This document shows positions 49,701-58,918 of a DNA stretch of 64,000 nucleotides, piece by piece. The stretch's first letter is position 1. Each line of letters starts with the position of its first letter. Under the pieces are notes generated by a model. That model was given only the letters and a program-made list of their open reading frames with translations. It was not told where the DNA came from and searched no databases. The stretch comes from a virus, in the IMG/VR virus record IMGVR_UViG_3300024261_002043, positions 1 through 64,000 of that record, one strand, 5' to 3'. The position numbers were made by a program, and so were the translations under genes.

Positions 49701-50230
49701 TTTGGCACGGAAATGTCTAACTCTATAAAAAATGAATTGTTGTTCGGACTTAGTATCGTTGCTCCATCACTTCTTTTTGATATTGAAGGAAACGTAACTC
49801 CTGCCCTATCATTAACATGTATGTATTGATCGTCATCAAAGGTCAGATATCCGGTATACGAAGGATAACGGTTTAAGATATAGTTCTCAAAACCCGTTAG
49901 GTTATCTAACCAGTTATCGTACTCTTTCCTAGTGCCGTCAAAGGGGAACTGATTTATTATTTTTTCAAATGCAAGATTGACGTTAGTCATAGCAGAGGAA
50001 AAGAATGTGTGATTTTCAAAATTTGAATAATCAACAGGCAGCTGCTGCGTGCTACGAAGAGGAGAACCAGGGGGATCTAGTCTAAATGATCCTGTCAAAC
50101 TATCTGGAGCTGATCCACTCATGGAATTTTGATTTTGCTCTTTTAAAACTCCTGTAGATGTTGTAAAGCGCCGGACAACCCTGGGTGTAAATAACCTTTG
50201 GTTCTGGAATATTCTTTTCTTCCTTGACAT
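46706..50230 (-). CDS. Baseplate wedge protein (T4 gp7 / P2 gpI-like core) carrying two LamG-like domains
   Basis: MLPFLAEYYGFDL..WRRIL..SKGTVHAIKSLFRSAG core flanked by LamG-type INNFRVFHKTRSAQEI and GHFRFWSKALSDKEV. Confidence 0.65.
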   Translation of the reverse strand: MSRKKRIFQNQRLFTPRVVRRFTTSTGVLKEQNQNSMSGSAPDSLTGSFRLDPPGSPLRSTQQLPVDYSNFENHTFFSSAMTNVNLAFEKIINQFPFDGTRKEYDNWLDNLTGFENYILNRYPSYTGYLTFDDDQYIHVNDRAGVTFPSISKRSDGATILSPNNNSFFIELDISVPNEKSEPQYIFHHISSEGVGYAAYLEASSAVADNVDVKFDVLSGSLVLQNSASLEKGKFSHICLSYDNSPSSNKSFIMSGSKTLGVSSRSSFGSINTGGSPFLIGTGSSTTTFTPTQTLSGSINNFRVFHKTRSAQEIDRYSVRTLYAEEDPKLSLRFNEATGSYANSDVVLDHSGQSLHSRISNYSAKVRVAKPVDSLYKYEEKDYHPTLFPGHADIVALNEDLLTSGSTYDENNPNIITSLIPEHYLDIARASMTSTGDSREGGTYEGIKSTADKYALPGSTKIGQPQIISALLFTWARSFDELKMMIDHVSEMVHIDYDSSVSVADQMLPFLAEYYGFDLPNLFKNANYDQFFSGEGVAGAGGETDSLKLLQNEMWRRILTNMNEVITSKGTVHAIKSLFRSAGIDPNRMFRFVEYGGSRELRLGKSRRNITEVSTLTDFSGSITYDPSSTIDSQGFNSSKPNLVSPYLSSSRLELGAPAPAGLFESIGSFPPHGISDNENDGLLTSGSWTVEGRFKFPVAKSFRSPQSLFRIHVTGSSPTHGVILNLVANPNIDEDTDNPDLTLYCRPGFSSTDETLSLKLTGANIFDGNKWYTSIGRKRNDAIESEVSSSYFINLSRQESGEIVEMYTTSSLFLEAPQTALGAIPNALQLKSNPTTSAAINNSGSFLVVGHQSIDTTKNYFLNHSTVPDIARTTAFAGKSGHFRFWSKALSDKEVKEHARSFLSLGVDEPLVNFGFNSEVTGSFERLRLDLSTDQPLTASNSSGYLELVDFSQQSLLNTGSSSNVGYLRGFEQSVQIIKPERFDFSIISPVFDEISDDNKVRLAGMDLAQNVVDFDSSFAPIYELPPDLEPMDDVRFSIEFSVAQALNEDIIKIFATLESLENIIGGPENMFATEYQGLTRLREIYFNRLTGSVNYTAFFEFFRWLDESFDIIIENLIPKKTNYLGFNMIVEPHILERPRVAYGSGDIYLGVNDRRNLKGALYLRQLIANMKRR

Positions 50231-50231
50231 T

Positions 50232-51803
50232 CTAGACCACCCTAAACGCTATATTTTCTAATTTGACTAATCTTTCTACACTCATGTCATTTACCAAAAG
50301 CTCTATAGAGTAGATTCTTCCCTTTGGTAAACCTGACGGCTTGAAGCTTATAAACATTCCAGATGCATCGGTTGAAACTTTTGTTGAGTTACGTTTTTTA
50401 TCGAACGGAATAATAACTTTTCCTGTTTCTACATCAACGATCCTATAGTAACATGAATCTACAACTATGCTTTTTCTAGTTCTTGGAAGCTTATACGAGT
50501 TTTCGGTTGCCTCTGCGTCTAAGTCTTCTACGAACAATCTGACAGATACCGTCGAACTGTCTTTGTATTCTGATTGCGCACCAACAGGAGTTATATACAG
50601 TCTTCTGTTAGAAAATCCGGATATAGATCTATTCGACTTTTTAACAGTTATCGAACCAGAATAAAAACTCGTAGATAAATCGTTAGTTGACCAGATCTCT
50701 TTAAGCTCTACCTCACCTCTAGTTTTAGGTGTTTGACCAAAGAATGTTGTGTTAAATCTGCTTAGGTTAAATGTCCCAGAATACACTCCTGTCATTCCTT
50801 GACCGGTTGATGAACCGGTATGCTGCGATGCCAAAACAGTAAATGTTGTTTCGCTCTTTGTTCCTGAGCCTGAAACAAACCTAAGAGTTACACAATTTTG
50901 CCCCGTTAATTGAGTCAATGAAGCATCACTAATTAGGTTTGCAGGGTTTCCTGATTCAAAGTTTTTAAGGAATAAAGATGATGATAGATTAAACTGCAAA
51001 TCTAGATGTCTATCCCTTATTGAGTCATCCCAGGTAAGTACTAATCGCGGTCGTAATAGACTATTTTTAGATTGTCTTGACAAAAACCTTTTTACGAACC
51101 TTGTCTTTGTATCACTTTCATCAGATCCGCTAAACGCTATTCTAAAGCCTTTGTTAGGTATATGACCTACTAAGGAAGCAGATACAGCTGTCGTTACGTC
51201 AAGAAATAGATCACCGGGTCCTTCGTCAAAATACTTGGATGAACCAAAATCAACGACTGTACCATCTGCTAGCGTTCCCGTTGTTACATAGTCACCAGCT
51301 ACGGGGGTTTCATCTATTCCTGACAATGGACAAGCCTGTCCTGCTCCAGACATGATCCAAGAAACATTCGAACCATCTAAATAAGACGCGGTTAGAAAAT
51401 TTGCTGTATCGACATCTGAGAACTGTGATGTACTTCTGCCGGCGCCTTCGTCGAACGCCACCGCTAAGGGGTTACATAGAATGCTAAAGTTTCTTGGGAC
51501 CGGTGTACCGGAAGGAACCTCAAATAACTGTAGTTCTGCCTTAAAAGAACTGCTATGTATGTTTAGCGATGATGACAACAGAGGCGGTATTTCAGAGTAG
51601 TCAAACTTTACTAAAATTCTGCTTAACTCTTCAACTGAAGATGTTACTCTAGTCGAGCCTGACATGAAACTGGACTCATCGTACAGCTTAAATAAGTCTA
51701 AAGTACCGGCGCGGCCGACGTTTGCATCTGCTGCCCTAAACTTGTTTGAGATAATTTTGTTTGTAATGTATGTATCTGCGCTTGCTGTTATTATATAAAA
51801 CAT
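50232..51803 (-). CDS. Virion protein with DNRLRE-like domain
   Basis: ADTYI..SRILVKFD..AELQL..LDVT..NKGF..FLSRQS..RPRLVLTW pattern. Confidence 0.55.
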   Translation of the reverse strand: MFYIITASADTYITNKIISNKFRAADANVGRAGTLDLFKLYDESSFMSGSTRVTSSVEELSRILVKFDYSEIPPLLSSSLNIHSSSFKAELQLFEVPSGTPVPRNFSILCNPLAVAFDEGAGRSTSQFSDVDTANFLTASYLDGSNVSWIMSGAGQACPLSGIDETPVAGDYVTTGTLADGTVVDFGSSKYFDEGPGDLFLDVTTAVSASLVGHIPNKGFRIAFSGSDESDTKTRFVKRFLSRQSKNSLLRPRLVLTWDDSIRDRHLDLQFNLSSSLFLKNFESGNPANLISDASLTQLTGQNCVTLRFVSGSGTKSETTFTVLASQHTGSSTGQGMTGVYSGTFNLSRFNTTFFGQTPKTRGEVELKEIWSTNDLSTSFYSGSITVKKSNRSISGFSNRRLYITPVGAQSEYKDSSTVSVRLFVEDLDAEATENSYKLPRTRKSIVVDSCYYRIVDVETGKVIIPFDKKRNSTKVSTDASGMFISFKPSGLPKGRIYSIELLVNDMSVERLVKLENIAFRVV

Positions 51804-51810
51804 TTTCTTC

Positions 51811-53655
51811 TTATCTCACTGTCACGACGATGTCATCAGATGGATACCTTACTTCAAACATAGAGCCATTTGGACCTACAATCATTTCTTGTATCGTATT
51901 CCCATCTACACTAAACGTAACGTCGCTGTACGTTCTGGTGTCTATTTTTCCGCTTAGATTAGAAACTTTAAAGTCTACCAAAGATATTACTCCGTCGCTG
52001 TTTAATATCGCGTTCATAATATCTGCCTTCGGAATAGGTTGGTCAATTTGCATGTTTCTTATATCTAATAGGTTCTTAAGATTTATTATAATCCTTTGTG
52101 CAACTTGATTTTTATTAGAATCTGGATGTGCAACGACGTCTATGAAGACACCTAGATTAATAACAGCAGAGTCCATGATGTCATACGCATCGCTAACAGC
52201 CCTATATTCATTTAGATATTTTCTTAAATTCTTCTTCAAGGTATCTGACGACATCTTTAACTTTCCAGATCTATCTCTTGATACTATGAAAATTTGAGAT
52301 GCCAAAGAATTAATAGGGTTTGGTCGTATGCCAACCCTGAATACCCTACCGAATGCATTTGGCAAAGTGTATATTCTAGCTATCAGGTCTGACTTTGTTA
52401 CAATTCTTGATTGACTATTTCTACTGGCAGGTATTTGTGACCTTAGCTCTTCTATAGTCGGTGCGCGGTCACCGTCTAAAGCAGGAAGAGGGTTTGTAAC
52501 GTCTATACTAGACCTCACTGCCGCGGCTTCTGCAGCTAACGCAGCTTGTGGAAACTTTAAAAATAATCTTGTTATTGTGCGTACAGACCCTGCGCCGACA
52601 TTGTGCTTTAGACCTCCGCCGGCCCTATATGATATAGTAACAGTTGTGTTTCTAGGCGATATTCCCAACGTTTGAGTCTGCATCATCTTGTTAGGGTCTA
52701 TGGTAAATCTAGAAAACGTTTTCTTACCGTATAGTGGCAAAGCTAAATCAGAGGGATCTGGAAGCAGATCATTATCCGTTGTCTGGGCGTCACCTGACCC
52801 GAATTGGACTGTTGTTAATTTTGTATCGTAGTCATAGTCTGTTATGAACCTATAGGGTGCCGGAGCAACTTCGAGATTATACTCTACGTCGTCACTATCA
52901 TAAGCTTTATTCATGATCCTTTTAAATACAGTATCTTGAGACAAGGACTCTACTTCGTAATATTCATTCCCATCGCTATCCTTTACGCTGACTATATCTG
53001 TTACATTTTCATCAGGTAATATCAGCTTGCGGAACGCTTTTCTAACATTAGGTATCGGAAATGACTCATCTTTTCTTGTACCAGATATTGTTAGACCCGA
53101 CATGATTACAACAAATGATGTCGGGTTGTTACTCGCGTCAGTAGCAACAACAACCGACTCATATAGATAATTTCCGTCCTTATCTTTTTTAGAGAAATCT
53201 AAATCATCCATTAGAGTAAAGCTAACACCGTCATTAGAAACGAATGTTGTGGATGACTGTACGACGGGAAGCAGATTTCTCTTAGGTATGTATTGACCCT
53301 CTAATACTTCTGCTGGCAGCTCAAAATATATTTTTATCATAGCGACAGAAGGATTTGCGCCTCGCGCTTTGACACCAGCATTTCTTAGATGCCTCTTTAT
53401 GTTTTTATTCTCTACAGCCGTTGACCAGTTTAGCTCATTAAATTGATGATCCAAATAATAAGACATAGTGTCACCAACATATGACGCCATATCTAAAAGT
53501 AGACCTCCTAGCCCTGGCTCTGTAAAGTCCTGTATCTTATCTGAAAAGAATAATTTAGCATGAGAAAATAATTCATTCCGAAAAGACTGGAAGTCTTTTG
53601 CAAGATAATTTCTCTTGTTAGCATTCTTCAGCTGCTTCTTAACGTTAATCGCCAT
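51811..53655 (-). CDS. Baseplate wedge subunit, T4 gp6 / P2 gpJ-like
   Basis: YLAKDFQSFRNEL, LLDMASYVGD, VQFGSG, YRAGGG..NVG, SQSRIVTKSD. Confidence 0.85.
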   Translation of the reverse strand: MAINVKKQLKNANKRNYLAKDFQSFRNELFSHAKLFFSDKIQDFTEPGLGGLLLDMASYVGDTMSYYLDHQFNELNWSTAVENKNIKRHLRNAGVKARGANPSVAMIKIYFELPAEVLEGQYIPKRNLLPVVQSSTTFVSNDGVSFTLMDDLDFSKKDKDGNYLYESVVVATDASNNPTSFVVIMSGLTISGTRKDESFPIPNVRKAFRKLILPDENVTDIVSVKDSDGNEYYEVESLSQDTVFKRIMNKAYDSDDVEYNLEVAPAPYRFITDYDYDTKLTTVQFGSGDAQTTDNDLLPDPSDLALPLYGKKTFSRFTIDPNKMMQTQTLGISPRNTTVTISYRAGGGLKHNVGAGSVRTITRLFLKFPQAALAAEAAAVRSSIDVTNPLPALDGDRAPTIEELRSQIPASRNSQSRIVTKSDLIARIYTLPNAFGRVFRVGIRPNPINSLASQIFIVSRDRSGKLKMSSDTLKKNLRKYLNEYRAVSDAYDIMDSAVINLGVFIDVVAHPDSNKNQVAQRIIINLKNLLDIRNMQIDQPIPKADIMNAILNSDGVISLVDFKVSNLSGKIDTRTYSDVTFSVDGNTIQEMIVGPNGSMFEVRYPSDDIVVTVR

Positions 53656-53661
53656 AAATCT

Positions 53662-54159
53662 TTATCCTGCGCTATATAGAAGTACTTCTATCGTTCTTAG
53701 TTCTGTTCTTAATTTAGGGATCTTATAGCTAATACTAATCCCTATCTTTGCAACATCCTTATTATCAAAGTGATCAACAAATGGAGAGAATGTTTCAAGA
53801 GAAATATAAGGCATGTATTTCATAACTGCCTTACTAACCCTTGACATAGCTTCAGATTGAGCACCTTCATCTTGCATTTCAAAAGTTAGCTCTGCTAAGT
53901 TAGCTCCGAAATCAGGTAAACCTAATCGTTCGCCTTTATTCGTAAGGATTAAATTCTGTAGATTATCATGAATTTGATCTGGGAAATTACGATGCATCTC
54001 TAGAAAACTTTTCCCATCATCAGATAACGCTACAGGTGTTTTTATACCTACTGGAGGTACCTCTACCTGTGAATTTGCCAGCTTACCACTTTGCTCTACA
54101 GATACGCCTGAAGACTTAAAACTGTAAACTTTTCTATCAGAAACTCTTGTTATTGCCAT
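53662..54159 (-). CDS. Baseplate wedge subunit gp25-like (GPW/gp25)
   Basis: QIHDNLQNLILTNKGER..PDFGANL..LTFE..YMPYI. Confidence 0.88.
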   Translation of the reverse strand: MAITRVSDRKVYSFKSSGVSVEQSGKLANSQVEVPPVGIKTPVALSDDGKSFLEMHRNFPDQIHDNLQNLILTNKGERLGLPDFGANLAELTFEMQDEGAQSEAMSRVSKAVMKYMPYISLETFSPFVDHFDNKDVAKIGISISYKIPKLRTELRTIEVLLYSAG

Positions 54160-54175
54160 TTTGTACCACCGTACC

Positions 54176-54182
54176 TAAATAT
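54176..54182 (-). promoter_or_regulatory. Putative late promoter ATATTTA
   Basis: 17 nt upstream of the gp25-like start. Confidence 0.55.
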
Positions 54183-54211
54183 CAAGGCGAAAAAAATAGT
54201 GGCACTTATAA

Positions 54212-54508
54212 CTAGTTTAGTGTGCCATTACCCGCGCCGAAGCCTGTACCGACCACTGGACCGGTTGGACCGGCACCTACAACTGCGGTATTCACAGATG
54301 TAACTACTACAGCGGCAGTAGCATATGCATGAATTGCAGCAGCCAGATCTTTGGCAATTTGCCTGTTTATAGCTGCTGGACTAACTTCTACATCTACGTC
54401 GCCAGGGTTGATATAGTCTGTCCTTGCTTTTTCCAGCGCGTTAAAGATTGCTAATTCTAACGGTACCTTCGCTACTCCTAGTGGCATAATATCCTCCTCA
54501 TTCGCCAA
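54212..54508 (-). CDS. Small protein after the spike gene (possible spike-tip/accessory)
   Basis: 98 aa, helical then Gly/Val-rich C-terminus; overlaps the gp5-like stop. Confidence 0.5.
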   Translation of the reverse strand: MANEEDIMPLGVAKVPLELAIFNALEKARTDYINPGDVDVEVSPAAINRQIAKDLAAAIHAYATAAVVVTSVNTAVVGAGPTGPVVGTGFGAGNGTLN

Positions 54509-56324
54509 ATATCCTGTCAGATTTTAAGGTTTCTATTTCTGACTTTCTTGCATCCATAGCCGTGTTTAATGCATTCGCGGCAGTGTTTATTTGCGGAGAT
54601 GGTGCGCCATAACCGGGGGTGGTATGTGTTAGTAGCTTACTACAGAATGACTTGACATCATCCATTACTTTATTAAGTAGATCCTCTAGCTGCTGGTATC
54701 TAACATATGGTTGGGACTCTCCCTCACCGGGACCCGTACCTACTCCACCATCAGCAGTTGCACGGCCGAGAACTATTTTCGAGCCGTTTATTTGTATAGT
54801 GCCGTCAGGCAGTATCATTATAGCTCCTAGATCATCAGCTGGTGACCCCTCTTTTATTAACCTGATTGAACCATTAATCTCCGGGGCACCAGGCGCTGGT
54901 TCGTCAGCAGCAGCCTTTCTAGCTATAATCCTGATTTCATCTGCCTTAGCTAATATAGCTGATGGATTTTCATCAGTCTTGTTTACTAGATCAAAACTAC
55001 CAAAGCTTTCTCCAATAGCAGTAGGTATTGCAACGCCTTGCTCACTAATACTAAAGTTTTCATCTACATTTGTTGCATGTGAAATAAGCAGTCTTGCAGC
55101 ATCGCCAAAATAATCAGGATCACCTTCTGTGGGGTTATCAGCTCTATTTAGCTCGGCATTATCTGACTCTTGTGGGTTCTTGTTTACCTCTACCCAAGCC
55201 TGTCGACCTTTTTCCGGATCAGGTGAGTTTTTTATTACTCTTGCAGCTGGTGGAAACGGTTCATCAGTCTCGCTATTACCTACAAATCTCCAGTTGTATC
55301 TTCCTCTGCCCGCTACAATGTCTATTGATCCCCAATGCTTTTCCTTTCTACCCTCTATTACATCTTCTGTTTCTGTCGCATTAGAATACTCACTAGATGC
55401 AGGATCATCAGTTTTTTTCCAGCCTCTTTCTTCGCCTAAACAAATAAGCGTGTTGTTTGATCCTTGTATTACTAGATCACCGGGTCTCTTAGTATACCGA
55501 GGGACGTCTTGAGTTCTAAACTGTCTATATCCTGTCGCTATATTTACAATATCTTCGTAAGAGTATTCTTCCTTAAGGGTGAACGCATCCTGATCGCCTG
55601 TACCATTGGGGAAGCCAAATATTCTATCATCTATACCGTTACCATCCTTGTCCAGTGGCTCTGTTCCAGCTTCTGCTTGTCCCGTGTCATCTGGTGTTGC
55701 GGGTGTTACACCCTCTTTTTGCTTAACAGACGTCGCAGCATCAGCCTTATCTTTCGCTGTCTTAGGCACAAGAGAGCCAGCAAACTTTCTATCACCATGA
55801 GTAAAGTTAACATCGTCAATATGATCTGGCTCTGTTATTCTACACATCCAATACATTATCTTTTGCGGAATATCGGGCGAATCTGCCACTAGCCAAACTT
55901 GCTCACCAGGTTTTAGGGGCATGCACAAATGAGGAGGAAAGAATGGGTAAGCTAAAATACCGACCTCTCCTAACTTTTCTTTTTTAGCTATAGTCTCTTT
56001 TTCTTTTTTGGCCTTGGCTTTTTCTTCTTCGCTAGGTTTTTCGGTCGCTTCGGTAGCGGATTTGTCTTTTCCACCAGATATAACTCTAGCGATTATAGAG
56101 TTTCTAGGCGCGGTCGCAAGTAGGTCAGGTGAGTCAACTAGTGCCTTCATTTCCTCTACGTCTTCCTCAGGAAATGCCGCTAGATCATATAGCACTTCAA
56201 CAACTACAGCTCTAGTTAATACAGTGGTTGCAGGTGCGGTATCTTGATTTCTTACCGTTTCAGCAACAGAAGAGTTAGTTTGTAAGGATTCTGATATCGC
56301 ATCCTTACCGGAGCCTACAGCCAT
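54498..56324 (-). CDS. Baseplate hub/central spike protein, gp5/gpV-like, no lysozyme domain seen
   Basis: OB-fold-type AYPFFP..MPLKPGEQVW; PGDLVIQGSNNTLICLG beta region; C-terminal LTHTTPG..PSP; adjacent to gp25. Confidence 0.6.
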   Translation of the reverse strand: MAVGSGKDAISESLQTNSSVAETVRNQDTAPATTVLTRAVVVEVLYDLAAFPEEDVEEMKALVDSPDLLATAPRNSIIARVISGGKDKSATEATEKPSEEEKAKAKKEKETIAKKEKLGEVGILAYPFFPPHLCMPLKPGEQVWLVADSPDIPQKIMYWMCRITEPDHIDDVNFTHGDRKFAGSLVPKTAKDKADAATSVKQKEGVTPATPDDTGQAEAGTEPLDKDGNGIDDRIFGFPNGTGDQDAFTLKEEYSYEDIVNIATGYRQFRTQDVPRYTKRPGDLVIQGSNNTLICLGEERGWKKTDDPASSEYSNATETEDVIEGRKEKHWGSIDIVAGRGRYNWRFVGNSETDEPFPPAARVIKNSPDPEKGRQAWVEVNKNPQESDNAELNRADNPTEGDPDYFGDAARLLISHATNVDENFSISEQGVAIPTAIGESFGSFDLVNKTDENPSAILAKADEIRIIARKAAADEPAPGAPEINGSIRLIKEGSPADDLGAIMILPDGTIQINGSKIVLGRATADGGVGTGPGEGESQPYVRYQQLEDLLNKVMDDVKSFCSKLLTHTTPGYGAPSPQINTAANALNTAMDARKSEIETLKSDRIFGE

Positions 56325-56327
56325 TGT

Positions 56328-56696
56328 TTACTCCTGTATCCTTGAAAATAGATCATCTGAGTTTATAGCATTATGTTCGTTTTCAGACTTAGATATTATT
56401 TCTGCTAATTTGATCATTTGATCATTCGCTTTATTCATTCTTTCTAGATATTTTGACAGTGTTGATCCTAAGGTCGCATGTTCAGTAGTACCTTGAGACA
56501 TAGTCGTATATGCTTCTACAAAAAGTATATGAGCATTTTGCCGATCTAAAACAGCGTTTTCATAAATCTCTTTCCACAAAATTCTCTTCTTCGAATCGGC
56601 ATGCTCTATTTTTTCAAGAACCTTAGCAAAATCATCGACCCTCTTTTTTAAATCATCAAACTCTTGTAACGTAGATGTCACTTTTTCAACAGTCAT
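56328..56696 (-). CDS. Helical protein, possibly terminase small subunit-like
   Basis: 122 aa, two long helices; MNKANDQMIKL loosely resembles the gp16 oligomerisation helix. Confidence 0.35.
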   Translation of the reverse strand: MTVEKVTSTLQEFDDLKKRVDDFAKVLEKIEHADSKKRILWKEIYENAVLDRQNAHILFVEAYTTMSQGTTEHATLGSTLSKYLERMNKANDQMIKLAEIISKSENEHNAINSDDLFSRIQE

Positions 56697-56704
56697 TTTT
56701 TCTC

Positions 56705-57433
56705 CTACAAAAGGTCTACTATCTTTTCATCATGTACGATTGTCTTATAGTGCTTTCTTATTCTAGACATCGCAACAGACAGCTGCTTAGAGTTTAGGCC
56801 AGATATCTCTCTTATATATACATAGATTGCACGCTTATTTAAGAAGTCTAAATTTTCAACATTCTCAAATACTTTTCTAATCGCGTCGATGCATAGGACT
56901 TCGTTAGGCTTCTTTATACGACTCTCTAGCTCGTCTATGACTTTGAACATTTCATTTTTTAGATTTCTTTTTTCTAAAATCTCATCAGGGCCAGGGACAA
57001 CTTGATAATTCGCAATTTTATGTTTGTCAGCAGAGCTTAGATGAGCCATTTCTGACATAGAGACGTGGCGATGGAAATTCTTTTTTGCGTTTCGGCATCT
57101 TATTATAAGCCAGTTTTTTGCAACAACGTTAAAATATGAAAAAGCCTTTGTACCTCTAGCAGGATCCCATTTATGTATTGTCTCGTATAGAAACGCAACG
57201 CAATCTGTCTTCATAGACAATACTGTTTCATACGGAGACTTAAATCCGTAAACATATATCAAGCTTTCGGCTAGCTGATCGAACGCTGGAGCTATTTTTT
57301 CTTTGTATATTACAGCGCGCTTAGACCTGTCTTCTTCCCCCTGGTATTCTTCTATCGAGGCCTGTGTATCCTTAGTAAAATACATATTCCTCTTTTGTCC
57401 AGGCTTTCTTCTTATTATCTTTTTCTTTTTCAT
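56705..57433 (-). CDS. Late-transcription sigma factor, gp55-like
   Basis: MYFT..LAESLI..DCVAFLYE.IHKWDPARGTKAFSYFNVVAKNWLI sigma region-2 motif. Confidence 0.75.
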   Translation of the reverse strand: MKKKKIIRRKPGQKRNMYFTKDTQASIEEYQGEEDRSKRAVIYKEKIAPAFDQLAESLIYVYGFKSPYETVLSMKTDCVAFLYETIHKWDPARGTKAFSYFNVVAKNWLIIRCRNAKKNFHRHVSMSEMAHLSSADKHKIANYQVVPGPDEILEKRNLKNEMFKVIDELESRIKKPNEVLCIDAIRKVFENVENLDFLNKRAIYVYIREISGLNSKQLSVAMSRIRKHYKTIVHDEKIVDLL

Positions 57434-57750
57434 GACATTTCCAGAGGATCCTCTACGGTTCCTTGTTTCATATCAGATGTTAATACATTCGATATATCTA
57501 CTATAGCATCTCTGCATGACTGCATATCTCTATGAATCTTCTTAATTTCAGCAGAGTCAGAGAATAAAGGTATCTCAAGAATCTTATCCATCGACTGTAT
57601 TCTTTCGTCCATCAATTCTAGCGAATCCTCTAACGAGTCTTCGACATCAAGTACTGTAATCCCTAGTCTATATAATATCTTAGCGCAATACGCGGTGGTG
57701 CATGCAAAAAATACACATAAAATTAACAGCAATATCTCAAGAACAGTCAA
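57430..57750 (-). CDS. Small membrane-anchored coiled-coil protein
   Basis: N-terminal hydrophobic VLEILLLILCVFFACTTAYCA followed by an acidic coiled coil. Confidence 0.65.
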   Translation of the reverse strand: MTVLEILLLILCVFFACTTAYCAKILYRLGITVLDVEDSLEDSLELMDERIQSMDKILEIPLFSDSAEIKKIHRDMQSCRDAIVDISNVLTSDMKQGTVEDPLEMS

Positions 57751-58915
57751 TTAAGTCACCTAGCGCTTCATCGTATTTTTTAGCTATAGACTTCATAGAG
57801 TAGTTATTGGCCATTTTTTCCATAGATTTTTTAGCCCACTCTCTCGGAACATCAGGGGACTTTCGTAGTTTTTTTACCCTAGACTTAAAGTGGTTTTCGG
57901 AAGGTTGCGCCCACTTAGCACCAGAGCACCAGATCCTATCGTCAACCATTTCATCAGGAATCGCCTCTATCTTATAGTCGACGTCTAGAAATCTTACATC
58001 TTTCATAAAGTCCATATGACCAGAGTGTTTTGTTGCTATAACAGGTAGTCCATTGACTGTAGCATCTAAAATTGGTAGCCCCCAGCCTTCCCCACGGGTT
58101 GCGGCACAGAGCGCATTTACTTTTTCATGAGACATCAAGGAAGAAATTTCTTCACGATCCATTAAACCGTGTAGAACATGAAATCTTGGATAGGGTCCAT
58201 CTCTAACAACAGACAGTATATTCTCAACCGTCCTTGTTGTCACTCTTCTGTCTTGACACGTCAAGCGGCCCATATTCGTCTTTAATATAATACCGACGTC
58301 TTTATCATTCTTAAATTCTTCGCATAACCACTTAATCATATTCATGGTATTTTTTCTGTCTGTCATTGCATGACGACCGGTAATTTGACCAAAAATCAAA
58401 AAATTAAAAGAAGTAGAAATTTTATCTAACCTGTCAGAAAATTCCTTTGAACTAGGTGTAGATTTTAGGCTGCATGTATAACCTTCCGGTACATTAAAGA
58501 TCTTTGATCTATCAAATCCACCGTTGATAAAGGACTCTTTAGAGTATGTACTAGGAACGATTAATCTGTCCATATTTCTAGCAGCGGTAATCCAATGGGG
58601 ATGACATCTATCTGCTTCTATACCGGCGGTTATACCTACGTTTTTAACGGCAAGGTTTGGGTCCCACTCGTCAGGTAGCTGAATCTGTAATGATATGTCT
58701 GCTTTCTTGCCTTCGGGTAGTGGGCCTGAATTTTGCATGATGTCTCCAATTAGACCATCCTCTGCATCCGGATCTACATAATACGTGCACATACCCCATG
58801 GGACTATCTGTGCCCTCACATCCCAGCCCTTAGACTTTGCCCAGCGCCAAACTTGTCTAGTATGTGAACCATATCCTGTTACACTTAAAAGTGGGCCTCT
58901 AACGATAGCGATCAT
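57737..58915 (-). CDS. Glycosyltransferase, GT-B/GT4-like
   Basis: TGYG, DRLIVPS, RKN, TRGEGWGLPILDA..GLPVIAT..SGHMDF. Confidence 0.88.
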   Translation of the reverse strand: MIAIVRGPLLSVTGYGSHTRQVWRWAKSKGWDVRAQIVPWGMCTYYVDPDAEDGLIGDIMQNSGPLPEGKKADISLQIQLPDEWDPNLAVKNVGITAGIEADRCHPHWITAARNMDRLIVPSTYSKESFINGGFDRSKIFNVPEGYTCSLKSTPSSKEFSDRLDKISTSFNFLIFGQITGRHAMTDRKNTMNMIKWLCEEFKNDKDVGIILKTNMGRLTCQDRRVTTRTVENILSVVRDGPYPRFHVLHGLMDREEISSLMSHEKVNALCAATRGEGWGLPILDATVNGLPVIATKHSGHMDFMKDVRFLDVDYKIEAIPDEMVDDRIWCSGAKWAQPSENHFKSRVKKLRKSPDVPREWAKKSMEKMANNYSMKSIAKKYDEALGDLIDCS

Positions 58916-58918
58916 TTA

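Noticed and set aside
32204-50230. Diversity-generating retroelement acting on fibre genes
   Set aside because: No reverse transcriptase and no TR/VR pair with adenine-specific mismatches noticed in this window.
4915-54182. Plus-strand TAAATA boxes as canonical T4 late promoters
   Set aside because: They would point away from all genes, and the central base varies (A/G/C), so they are better read as a minus-strand ATA[T/C/G]TTA motif.
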